Notes under the pieces: model-generated
What the model was told of the DNA's origin: nothing
What the model saw: the letters and a program-made list of their open reading frames with translations, nothing else
Databases searched by the model: none
Program-made: the position numbers and the translations under genes
NCBI RefSeq assembly: GCF_051097895.1
Contig: NZ_CP142525.1
Span: 1,470,001-1,502,000, forward strand
Length of the DNA: 32,000 nucleotides
From: Psychrobacter sp. HD31
GTDB taxonomy: Bacteria; Pseudomonadota; Gammaproteobacteria; Pseudomonadales; Moraxellaceae
Reading direction: 5' to 3'
Shown: in pieces, positions 1 through 7,629 of the stretch
Layout: each line of letters starts with the position of its first letter
Position numbering within the stretch: the stretch's first letter is position 1

Positions 1-577
1 TGATAAATTTATTGCAGATGTATATGAGCAGATGTTGGCTTTTGCAATATCTCAATTTAAAGATGAACATCAAGCTCAAGATGCTGTTCAAGAGGCATTG
101 ACCGCTGCATTAAATCATTCAGACAAGTTTAATGGCAAAGCAACATTTAAGACTTGGGTGTTCTCCATTTTAAAAAATAAGATTATTGATGAAATAAGAA
201 GCAATAACCGCTACGTCAATATATCGAGTATGCAATCAGATGATGGAAATACATCTGATGAAGAGTTTATCAGCTTGCTGTTTGATGATGCAGGATTTTG
301 GTACAAAAACGGTAAACCATCTGCTTTTGATAACAGCTGGTGTGAGCCCGAAACTCAAGCACACGGTGAGGAGTTTTGGCAGGTGTTGGAGTTTTGTTTA
401 AATAAATTACCTGCGGAGCAATCTCGAGTATTTATCATGCGAGAATACATAGAGTTAGAAACAAATGAAATTTGTGCAGAGGTTGGTATCAATAGCAATA
501 AATTTTATGTACTCATGCACCGAGCAAGGTTAAGATTACAACAATGTTTGTCTATTCGCTGGTTTGCTGAACAATAA
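1..577 (+). CDS. ECF-type sigma-70 family RNA polymerase sigma factor (5' end probably outside the window)
   Basis: The frame is open from nt 2: DKFIADVYEQ precedes the first ATG at 32. The region-2-like stretch is DAVQEALTAAL...FKTWVFSILKNKIIDEIR. The region-4 HTH-like stretch is ETNEICAEVGINSNKFYVLMHRARLRLQQCL. A ZAS-type anti-sigma ORF follows directly. Confidence 0.8.
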   Translation, partial: DKFIADVYEQMLAFAISQFKDEHQAQDAVQEALTAALNHSDKFNGKATFKTWVFSILKNKIIDEIRSNNRYVNISSMQSDDGNTSDEEFISLLFDDAGFWYKNGKPSAFDNSWCEPETQAHGEEFWQVLEFCLNKLPAEQSRVFIMREYIELETNEICAEVGINSNKFYVLMHRARLRLQQCLSIRWFAEQ

Positions 578-631
578 GCAAATACCGTTTTAATTTATAT
601 CATCAAACCACAAAGATCAGGTAGAAAAACC

Positions 632-877
632 ATGGAAACTCAAACACCACGCAACCACTCATCAAGCAATCCAATGCACAAAATGATGCTAAGTTGCTAT
701 AAGGCAACTGAACTGGTTAGCTTATCTTATGAACGCAAACTGTCAAGAGGTGAGCAGTTTAAACTTTACACGCATACAATGATGTGTAAGGGGTGTCGTC
801 AGTTTTTAAAAAACACTGAAATACTTGATAATATGTTACAAGCGCATAAAGAATATGAAAAGAACGCCAAAAAATAA
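632..877 (+). CDS. Small zinc-finger (H-x3-C-x2-C, ZAS/zf-HC2-like) putative anti-sigma factor, apparently soluble
   Basis: 81-aa ORF starting 55 nt after the sigma gene. It contains HTMMCKGC, which matches H-x3-C-x2-C. No hydrophobic TM segment is visible. The true start could be an internal Met (MHKMM...). Confidence 0.6.
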   Translation: METQTPRNHSSSNPMHKMMLSCYKATELVSLSYERKLSRGEQFKLYTHTMMCKGCRQFLKNTEILDNMLQAHKEYEKNAKK

Positions 878-906
878 TAACCTTATTTTATGTTGCTGTT
901 AATATT

Positions 907-940
907 AAGGTCTGTTGATTTCAACAGACCTTTAATTTAT
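907..940 (+). terminator. Rho-independent terminator after the sigma/anti-sigma pair
   Basis: A perfect 12-nt inverted repeat, aaggtctgttga (907-918) / tcaacagacctt (921-932), is followed by the T-rich run ttaatttattt. Confidence 0.6.
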
Positions 941-1060
941 TTGAGGAACCAATAACAGCTGAATGACATTGCCTTCGCAGTACTAATCTTGTAAATGGTT
1001 TATTTTAGTTATGATAAACTACCACCTTATTAAAAAACATGACAATTTAGCTCAAACACC

Positions 1061-3034
1061 ATGATTCAATTTCAAAACATATCCGTCCGCCGAGATGGTC
1101 GCGTATTATTCCAAGATGCCAGTTTTCAGTTGCATCCTAAACAAAAAATCGGCTTAACAGGAAACAACGGCACGGGTAAATCCAGCTTATTTGCCGTTTT
1201 ACTTGGCTCACTTGCTGTTGATACGGGTGAAGTGTCGATACCGTCTAATTGGAAAATGGCACACATGGCTCAAGAAGTTGAAAGTGTGGATATGACGGCT
1301 ATTGACTATGTACTGGCAGGTGATGACGAATGGTATGCACTGAATGCCAAACTTACTGACCAATCGAGTTTGGCAGAATCTGAAATCGCCCATTTACATC
1401 AAAGATTTGATGAAATTGATGGCTACCGTACCCCAACCAAAGCGGCACAAATCATGGCAGGTTTAGGGTTTGCAACGCCTCAACATTCGCTAAAAGTTGG
1501 TGAGTTTTCGGGCGGCTGGCGAATGCGGTTGAACCTTGCACGCACCTTGATGTGTCGAGCAGATGTCATGCTACTTGATGAACCGACCAACCACTTGGAC
1601 TTAGATGCGATTTTATGGCTAGAAGACTGGATATCTGCGTTTGATGGCATGGTACTGCTCATCTCGCATGACCAAAGTTTTTTAGATGCTTGCGTTAGCC
1701 ATATTCTACATATCGAGCATCAAGGCATTACCCTATATACAGGAAACTACAGCCAATTTGTACGTATCCGTAGTGAACGCCTTGCTCAGCAACAACAAGC
1801 TTATGAAAAACAACAAGAAACAAAAGCCCATCTTGAAGACTATATTCGTCGTTTCCGTGCCAAAGCCACCAAAGCCAAACAAGCACAAAGTCGCATCAAA
1901 CAACTGGAACGCATGACCGAACTGTCTGCCGTGGTCGCAGACAATCCGTTTTCGTTTAAATTTTATCCGCCCAGTCATATGGCTTCACCACTGGTTGTGA
2001 TGACCAACGCCAGCATTGGCTATACAGAAGTCCCTCTACTAACGAAAGTTAAGCTACAAGTAACGCCTGACAGTCGTTTAGGATTGCTCGGTATGAATGG
2101 GGCGGGTAAATCGACCGTGATTAAAGCATTGGTTGGCGACTTACCCATATTATCAGGTAGCTACCGAGCCAGTGATACCCTAAAAATTGGCTATTTTAAC
2201 CAACATCAGATGGACAGCCTCGACAATGAGGCAACCCCATTGACAATGCTCAGACGATTGGCAGGCACGACTTCGGACGCTGATTTACGAGCGTTTTTGG
2301 GAAGTTTTGATTTCCGTGGTGAACGTATTGATACCCCAAGCAAACTGTTTTCAGGCGGTGAGCGAGCCAGACTGACCCTTGCACTTATTGTATGGCAACG
2401 CCCTAATGTGCTTGTACTTGATGAACCGACCAACCACCTTGATTTACAAATGAGGCAAGCATTGACCGTGGCTTTACAGGGTTTTGAGGGGGCTGTGGTT
2501 CTCGTATCACACGATAGAGAACTGATAGCCAATGTCTGTGATGAGCTGTATTTGGTGCATGATGGCAAAGTAGATGAATTTACCGGTGATATTGCCGATT
2601 ATGGTAAGTGGTTAAAAGACAGTCGAAAGGCAGAGCAAAAGGCGATGAATGCTCAAAATGAGCAAGGAGCTTCTGCCAACCAGGGAGAGCAAACTACAAG
2701 CACTTCTTCTAACTCATCCCAGTCAGAGTTATCAGGGGGATTAAGTAAAGAAGACCTCCGAAAACTTAAAGCCGAACAACGTAAAGTCACAGCCCCCATC
2801 CGTAAACGTATCGAAAAGGTAGAAGCCGAACTGGAAAAAATCAGCGAACAACTGGCTAGCTTAGAAGATAAACTCGCTGATACAGGACTGTATGACGATG
2901 CTCGTAAGACCGAACTGTTAGAGCTACTTGAACAGCAGAAAACCTTACAACAGTCAGAAGCAGAGCAGGAAGAGCGTTTAATGGAGGCGATGGAGGAGCT
3001 AGAAGAGGTTGAGGGTGAATTTGGAATCACCTAA
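1061..3034 (+). CDS. yheS: ABC-F family ATPase (two ABC domains plus C-terminal coiled-coil), YheS-like
   Basis: Two Walker A motifs (GNNGTGKS, GMNGAGKS). Two signature/Walker B blocks (FSGGWRMRLNLA...LLDEPTNHLD and FSGGERARLTLA...VLDEPTNHLD). The inter-domain linker AYEKQQETKAHLEDYIRRFRAKATKAKQAQSRIKQLERM closely matches what I recall of E. coli YheS. The C-terminal tail is E/K/Q-rich. Confidence 0.9.
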   Translation: MIQFQNISVRRDGRVLFQDASFQLHPKQKIGLTGNNGTGKSSLFAVLLGSLAVDTGEVSIPSNWKMAHMAQEVESVDMTAIDYVLAGDDEWYALNAKLTDQSSLAESEIAHLHQRFDEIDGYRTPTKAAQIMAGLGFATPQHSLKVGEFSGGWRMRLNLARTLMCRADVMLLDEPTNHLDLDAILWLEDWISAFDGMVLLISHDQSFLDACVSHILHIEHQGITLYTGNYSQFVRIRSERLAQQQQAYEKQQETKAHLEDYIRRFRAKATKAKQAQSRIKQLERMTELSAVVADNPFSFKFYPPSHMASPLVVMTNASIGYTEVPLLTKVKLQVTPDSRLGLLGMNGAGKSTVIKALVGDLPILSGSYRASDTLKIGYFNQHQMDSLDNEATPLTMLRRLAGTTSDADLRAFLGSFDFRGERIDTPSKLFSGGERARLTLALIVWQRPNVLVLDEPTNHLDLQMRQALTVALQGFEGAVVLVSHDRELIANVCDELYLVHDGKVDEFTGDIADYGKWLKDSRKAEQKAMNAQNEQGASANQGEQTTSTSSNSSQSELSGGLSKEDLRKLKAEQRKVTAPIRKRIEKVEAELEKISEQLASLEDKLADTGLYDDARKTELLELLEQQKTLQQSEAEQEERLMEAMEELEEVEGEFGIT

Positions 3035-3094
3035 AATAACGGTATCACAATATGATAATTCACAAACCGTAAACGCGGCATAAAGATTAAAGCA

Positions 3095-4024
3095 ATGGCA
3101 AAAACCTATTACGACATACTCGGTATCAAACCAACCGCAACCGATGAGCAGGTTAAAGACGCCTATCGCCATTTGGTTCGTTTGCATCACCCAGATGTTA
3201 GTCAAGACCCTAATGCCAGCTTAAAAATAACTCAAATAAACAATGCTTATGAAGCCCTTAAAGATGCCGATAAGCGTGCTAAATATAATCGAGCTAACCC
3301 AACAATATTTGCCCAGCCACAACAGCAAGCTCCATTTTCATCACAATCCAAACCTTACTCTGCTTTTAGTAACAGCCCTTTATTAGGGAGTGATAGTTTT
3401 AATTTTGATGCGGTATTTTCCGCTTTTGGTAACAATCAAACAACAAAAACAGCGCCACTTGACCCAACTAAGGGCGCAAATAAGTTTTTAACGGTTGATG
3501 TACCATTAACCAGCATCTACAAAGGCGATAAAATCGCCATTAATGCGTATCTACCAACAAGACAGCCCAATGGCAACATGCTTGATGACCCCGTCAAACT
3601 CATGGTGAATATAGCTAAAGGCACAAAACAAGGGCAGCTAATCGGTATTGCCAAACATGGCGAGGCAAGTGAGGTGGGCGGTGACAATGGTGACTTGATT
3701 TTAAAGGTTAACATTACTCATGCAAATAACATTGTTTTAAAAGGCAATGATGTTTATCAAACCATTAATATTACTAGTTGGGAAGCTTTTTTAGGCGATA
3801 GCATTGAAATAGAGTCACCTGCTGGTACGCTCTCTGTTTTTATCCCTGAAAATAGCCAAACTGGCGACAAAATACGCATTGCTGCTAAAGGCATCCCTTC
3901 TGTGCCTGCAGGCAATTTATTTGTTGTTTTAAAAATTGTTAACCCAAAAATTACTAATCAGAACCAACTTGAAGCAATAAAAAAATTAAAAAAAGTTTTT
4001 GAAAATACAATAACTAACAGATAA
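3095..4024 (+). CDS. cbpA: J-domain co-chaperone, CbpA-like (curved-DNA-binding protein type, no Zn-finger region)
   Basis: The N-terminal J domain reads YYDILGI...YRHLVRLHHPDV with an HPD motif. The C-terminal DnaJ_C-like part reads GDNGDLILKVNI...TSWEAFLG...GDKIRIAAKG...GNLFVVLKIV. It lacks the Cys-rich zinc finger of DnaJ. Confidence 0.75.
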   Translation: MAKTYYDILGIKPTATDEQVKDAYRHLVRLHHPDVSQDPNASLKITQINNAYEALKDADKRAKYNRANPTIFAQPQQQAPFSSQSKPYSAFSNSPLLGSDSFNFDAVFSAFGNNQTTKTAPLDPTKGANKFLTVDVPLTSIYKGDKIAINAYLPTRQPNGNMLDDPVKLMVNIAKGTKQGQLIGIAKHGEASEVGGDNGDLILKVNITHANNIVLKGNDVYQTINITSWEAFLGDSIEIESPAGTLSVFIPENSQTGDKIRIAAKGIPSVPAGNLFVVLKIVNPKITNQNQLEAIKKLKKVFENTITNR

Positions 4025-4274
4025 CAACACATGACTCCTATATACTGTAACCGTAATGTTTAGTTTAAGCTGATACTCAATAGAAATAAGCTAAATTAGC
4101 ATAACCAAACTAACAATCAATCCACTATTTTAATCCAAAACTAACTAACCCTATTTACGCCACCCTTCACTATCACAGCAGTTTTATTGATAGATTGGTG
4201 ATTTTGATTGAGATACTTTACAATATCTGCGTTTAAACTAATTTTATTATTAAAAATACAATTAAGGTGTAGCT

Positions 4275-5717
4275 ATGCACATTCATATCCTTGGTATTTG
4301 CGGTACATTTATGGGCTCTATGGCACTACTTGCTCGTGACCTAGGGCATACCGTTACGGGCTCTGATGCCAATGTTTATCCTCCCATGTCTACCCAACTA
4401 GAAAACGCAGGGGTAGAGATTATGCAAGGCTACACAGCTGACCACCTTGGCAAAAATGGTAAATACCCTACTCCAGACTTGATTGTTGTTGGCAATGCCA
4501 TGAAACGTGGTATCGAAGCAGTAGAATATATGCTAGATAACGCCATCCCATATATTTCAGGTCCTCAGTTTCTTGCCGAGCATATTCTTCATTCTCGCCA
4601 TGTATTAGCGGTAGCTGGTACGCATGGTAAAACCACAACAACGACCATGCTGGCTTGGACATTGCAGTTTAATGGCATTGACACAGGCTTTTTAATTGGC
4701 GGTGTACCTCTGGTTAATTCGGATGAGCCTCACCTGCAAAAAGCATTTGCTCACAGTAGCTACTTAGGCAAGCCAACAGATGATAATGAATTAAACGGAC
4801 GAGGTTATTTTGTTATCGAAGCAGATGAATACGACTCTGCCTTTTTTGATAAGCGATCTAAATTTGTGCATTACCGCCCAACGACCTCTATTTTAAATAA
4901 TTTAGAGTTTGATCATGCTGATATTTTTGCAGATTTAGATGCCATCCAAACGCAATTTCATCATCTTATCCGTATGATTCCTAGCAATGGCGTCATCATC
5001 ATGCCAAGCGAAACGCAAAGTCTTGAAGATACCATCCAAAAAGGATGTTGGACACCCATTTGGCGAACTACCATCAATAACCATAATGGAAGCGATTGGC
5101 AGGCAGAGTTAATTAAAGATGACGGCACCTGTTTTAAAATTCACTTTACTGATGTAGACGGTAATACCCACACAGGTGAGGTAAATTGGGGTATGAGTGG
5201 TTTGCACAATGTAAACAATGCACTAGTAACCGTTGCTGCTGCCCACAATATTGGTGTAAGCGTTGCTGATGCCTGTACAGCGTTAAGCAACTTTGCGGGT
5301 ATCAAACGTCGTATGGAGTTAATTGGCGATGTCAATGGTATTCAAATTTTTGATGACTTTGCTCACCACCCAACCGCCATTACCACCACACTTGATGGTG
5401 CAAAAAAGAAGTTAGCAGGCAAACGCATTTGGGCAATTATTGAACCACGCAGTAACACCATGAAGATGGGTATCCATCGTGATAGCTTGGCATCAAGCGC
5501 ATCACTGGCTGATGAAGTGATTTGGTATGAACCAGAAAACTTAGCTTGGGGATTAAAAGAGGTGATTGGTGATACGCCACACCAACAAGTACTCACCGCT
5601 ACTCAAGCAATTATTGATTTAATTGTAGAACAGACTCAACCAAATGATGCCATTGTGATTATGTCTAACGGTGGTTTTGAAGGTATTCATAAAAGGTTGG
5701 TTGAAGCGTTACAGTAA
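4275..5717 (+). CDS. mpl: UDP-N-acetylmuramate:L-alanyl-gamma-D-glutamyl-meso-diaminopimelate ligase (murein peptide ligase)
   Basis: The N-terminus MHIHILGICGTFMGSMALLARDLGHTVTGSDANVYPPMSTQLE is nearly identical in pattern to E. coli Mpl. It also has the Mur ligase P-loop AGTHGKTTTT. Confidence 0.9.
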   Translation: MHIHILGICGTFMGSMALLARDLGHTVTGSDANVYPPMSTQLENAGVEIMQGYTADHLGKNGKYPTPDLIVVGNAMKRGIEAVEYMLDNAIPYISGPQFLAEHILHSRHVLAVAGTHGKTTTTTMLAWTLQFNGIDTGFLIGGVPLVNSDEPHLQKAFAHSSYLGKPTDDNELNGRGYFVIEADEYDSAFFDKRSKFVHYRPTTSILNNLEFDHADIFADLDAIQTQFHHLIRMIPSNGVIIMPSETQSLEDTIQKGCWTPIWRTTINNHNGSDWQAELIKDDGTCFKIHFTDVDGNTHTGEVNWGMSGLHNVNNALVTVAAAHNIGVSVADACTALSNFAGIKRRMELIGDVNGIQIFDDFAHHPTAITTTLDGAKKKLAGKRIWAIIEPRSNTMKMGIHRDSLASSASLADEVIWYEPENLAWGLKEVIGDTPHQQVLTATQAIIDLIVEQTQPNDAIVIMSNGGFEGIHKRLVEALQ

Positions 5718-5740
5718 TTTCTACCATTTTATTGAATATA

Positions 5741-5777
5741 AAAAAATGCCTCAAATTTAAATTTTGAGGCATTTTTA
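5741..5777. terminator. Bidirectional intrinsic terminator between convergent mpl and the isochorismatase-family gene
   Basis: The stem tgcctcaaa (5747-5755) / tttgaggca (5763-5771) is flanked by an A-run upstream and a T-run downstream. Confidence 0.75.
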
Positions 5778-5893
5778 ATACACACTCTCACCATCTCATC
5801 GTTGAAAATAAAAATTTCTAAGTGCCTCTACACTTCTCACTTATCTAAATTATTAACCTTTTATTCAAAAAACCAACGACACCTTTGCCAAGG

Positions 5894-6469
5894 TTAAGTG
5901 ACAAGTTTACTAATTGACTTAAATGCTTCATGCTTACTGGTTTTGCACATCTCAAACAAGATCCCTTCAACTGTGGTGATAACTGCCCCAGCATGCCTCA
6001 TACGTTCAATAGCCACTTGCTTATCAAACTCATTACGCGAGCTTACCGCATCAGCAATTAAAATCGGTTGCATACCATTATCTAGCAAATCTAAAGCCGT
6101 TTGTTGCACACAAACATGCGCTTCAATACCACAAAGTATCACATTATTTCGGTTTTGTTTAGCAACATGATTCCATGATACGTCACAATCACAAACGCTA
6201 AATGTTTGTTTTTCAAAAACCCGTTGATTCACCTCGGTGAGTACATCGTTAATAGTGCTTACCGTTTTACCCAGCCCTTGAGGATATTGCTCATTTAGCA
6301 TGACGGGTATGCCCAGCAGCTGCAACCCTTGGGCTAAAATTGCAATTTTTTGGCAGGTTTTATCCATTTGGTGAATGTGCGGTACAAACTTTTCTTGCAC
6401 ATCAATAATCATTGCTTGCGTGTTCTCTTGCAACAAACGGTTTGGCTTATTGGTGTTTATGGTTGGCAT
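5894..6469 (-). CDS. Isochorismatase-family cysteine hydrolase
   Basis: Family hallmarks are AMIIDVQEKF (catalytic Asp region) and VILCGIEAHVCVQQTALDLL (catalytic Cys region). Length is 191 aa. Confidence 0.8.
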   Translation of the reverse strand: MPTINTNKPNRLLQENTQAMIIDVQEKFVPHIHQMDKTCQKIAILAQGLQLLGIPVMLNEQYPQGLGKTVSTINDVLTEVNQRVFEKQTFSVCDCDVSWNHVAKQNRNNVILCGIEAHVCVQQTALDLLDNGMQPILIADAVSSRNEFDKQVAIERMRHAGAVITTVEGILFEMCKTSKHEAFKSISKLVT

Positions 6470-6560
6470 GACTTTCTCCTTGTTTTATTTGGCTACATCC
6501 TTTATTTTTTTATATTTGGCACTGCTACTAAACCTTGTATAAATGTGGTTAAGTTAATCG

Positions 6561-7370
6561 CTAACACCCCTTCCAAACAGGATGGCGCTTTTCAATAAAA
6601 GCATCTATCCCTTCTGCCACATCTTCTGTCATCATATTGCAAGTCATAACCTCACTGGCATAATCATAGGCTGCTGGCAACGGCATTTCTAACTGCTTAT
6701 AAAACATTTGCTTACCCATTCTTACGGCAACGGATGACTTATTCATGATGGTGTCAATCAAATCCTGCAATTTATCGTCTAACAACTCATGGCTGGCAAC
6801 TCGATTTATCAGCCCCTGCTCCAGGGCAGTATTAGCATCTATAAACTCGCCTGTTATCAACATCTCAAATGCTTGCTTACGCGCCATGTTGCGGCTAACT
6901 GCCACCGCAGGGGTAGAGCAAAACAACCCAACATTAATGCCAGAAGTTGCAAACTTAGCCACATCAGAGGCAATGGCTAAGTCGCAAGTTGCCACAAGTT
7001 GACAACCGGCAGCTGTTGCAATGCCCTGCACCTTTGCAATAACAATTTGAGGCATTTGGTTAATGGTTAACATCATATGCCCACATTGTTCAAACAACTT
7101 TTTTTGAAATGCTCTATCAGTATTTGCCCGCATTTCTTTTAAGTTATGCCCTGCACAAAACGCCCTGCCATTTGCTTGCAATACAACCACATGGACGCTT
7201 GTGTCACTGGCAATGTTATCTAGCTCGGCTTGCAAAGCAGATAACATATCAACCGATAATGCATTAAATTGTTTGGGGCGGTTTAAGGTGAGTGTGGTAA
7301 CAATATTACCATTTTGGTAGCTTTTATCTTCTCGAATTACAAAAGCATCATTTAAAGAGTGATTTGTCAT
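6561..7370 (-). CDS. Enoyl-CoA hydratase/isomerase (crotonase) family protein
   Basis: The crotonase fold signature is VVVLQANGRAFCAGHNLKEM...VIAKVQGIATAAGCQLVATCDLAIAS. Length is 269 aa. The gene lies 91 nt upstream of the isochorismatase-family gene on the same strand. Confidence 0.85.
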   Translation of the reverse strand: MTNHSLNDAFVIREDKSYQNGNIVTTLTLNRPKQFNALSVDMLSALQAELDNIASDTSVHVVVLQANGRAFCAGHNLKEMRANTDRAFQKKLFEQCGHMMLTINQMPQIVIAKVQGIATAAGCQLVATCDLAIASDVAKFATSGINVGLFCSTPAVAVSRNMARKQAFEMLITGEFIDANTALEQGLINRVASHELLDDKLQDLIDTIMNKSSVAVRMGKQMFYKQLEMPLPAAYDYASEVMTCNMMTEDVAEGIDAFIEKRHPVWKGC

Positions 7371-7510
7371 ACGTTATCCTTAACGATATGTTTACTAACT
7401 TTTAGTGTCATCTATTTTATAAAAAAACTATCATCCTAATAGTTTATCCCAGTTACTGTTGATAATATATCACAGACTTTAAATAGATAGATATTGATTA
7501 ATAAAGAAGA

Positions 7511-7558
7511 GGCTAGTTAACTTTAACATACCTTAATTTGTGCTAAAGTTAACTAGCC
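7511..7558. repeat. Perfect 14-bp inverted repeat with a 20-nt spacer in the promoter region of the STAND gene
   Basis: ggctagttaacttt (7511-7524) and aaagttaactagcc (7545-7558) are exact reverse complements. The repeat ends 72 nt upstream of the ATG at 7630. Confidence 0.7.
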
Positions 7559-7629
7559 CCCCACCATTTATATTAATATAGATGTTTTGTATCATCAATT
7601 TTACTATTCATTGAAGTTAAAGCCATACC

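Noticed and set aside
2206-3030. Long antisense ORFs (2206-2568 and 2653-3030, minus strand) inside the ABC-F gene
   Set aside because: Both lie entirely within a strongly supported ABC-F coding region. Their translations are Ser/Cys-rich low-complexity strings typical of the reverse frame of an E/K/Q-rich coiled-coil. Neither has a Shine-Dalgarno.
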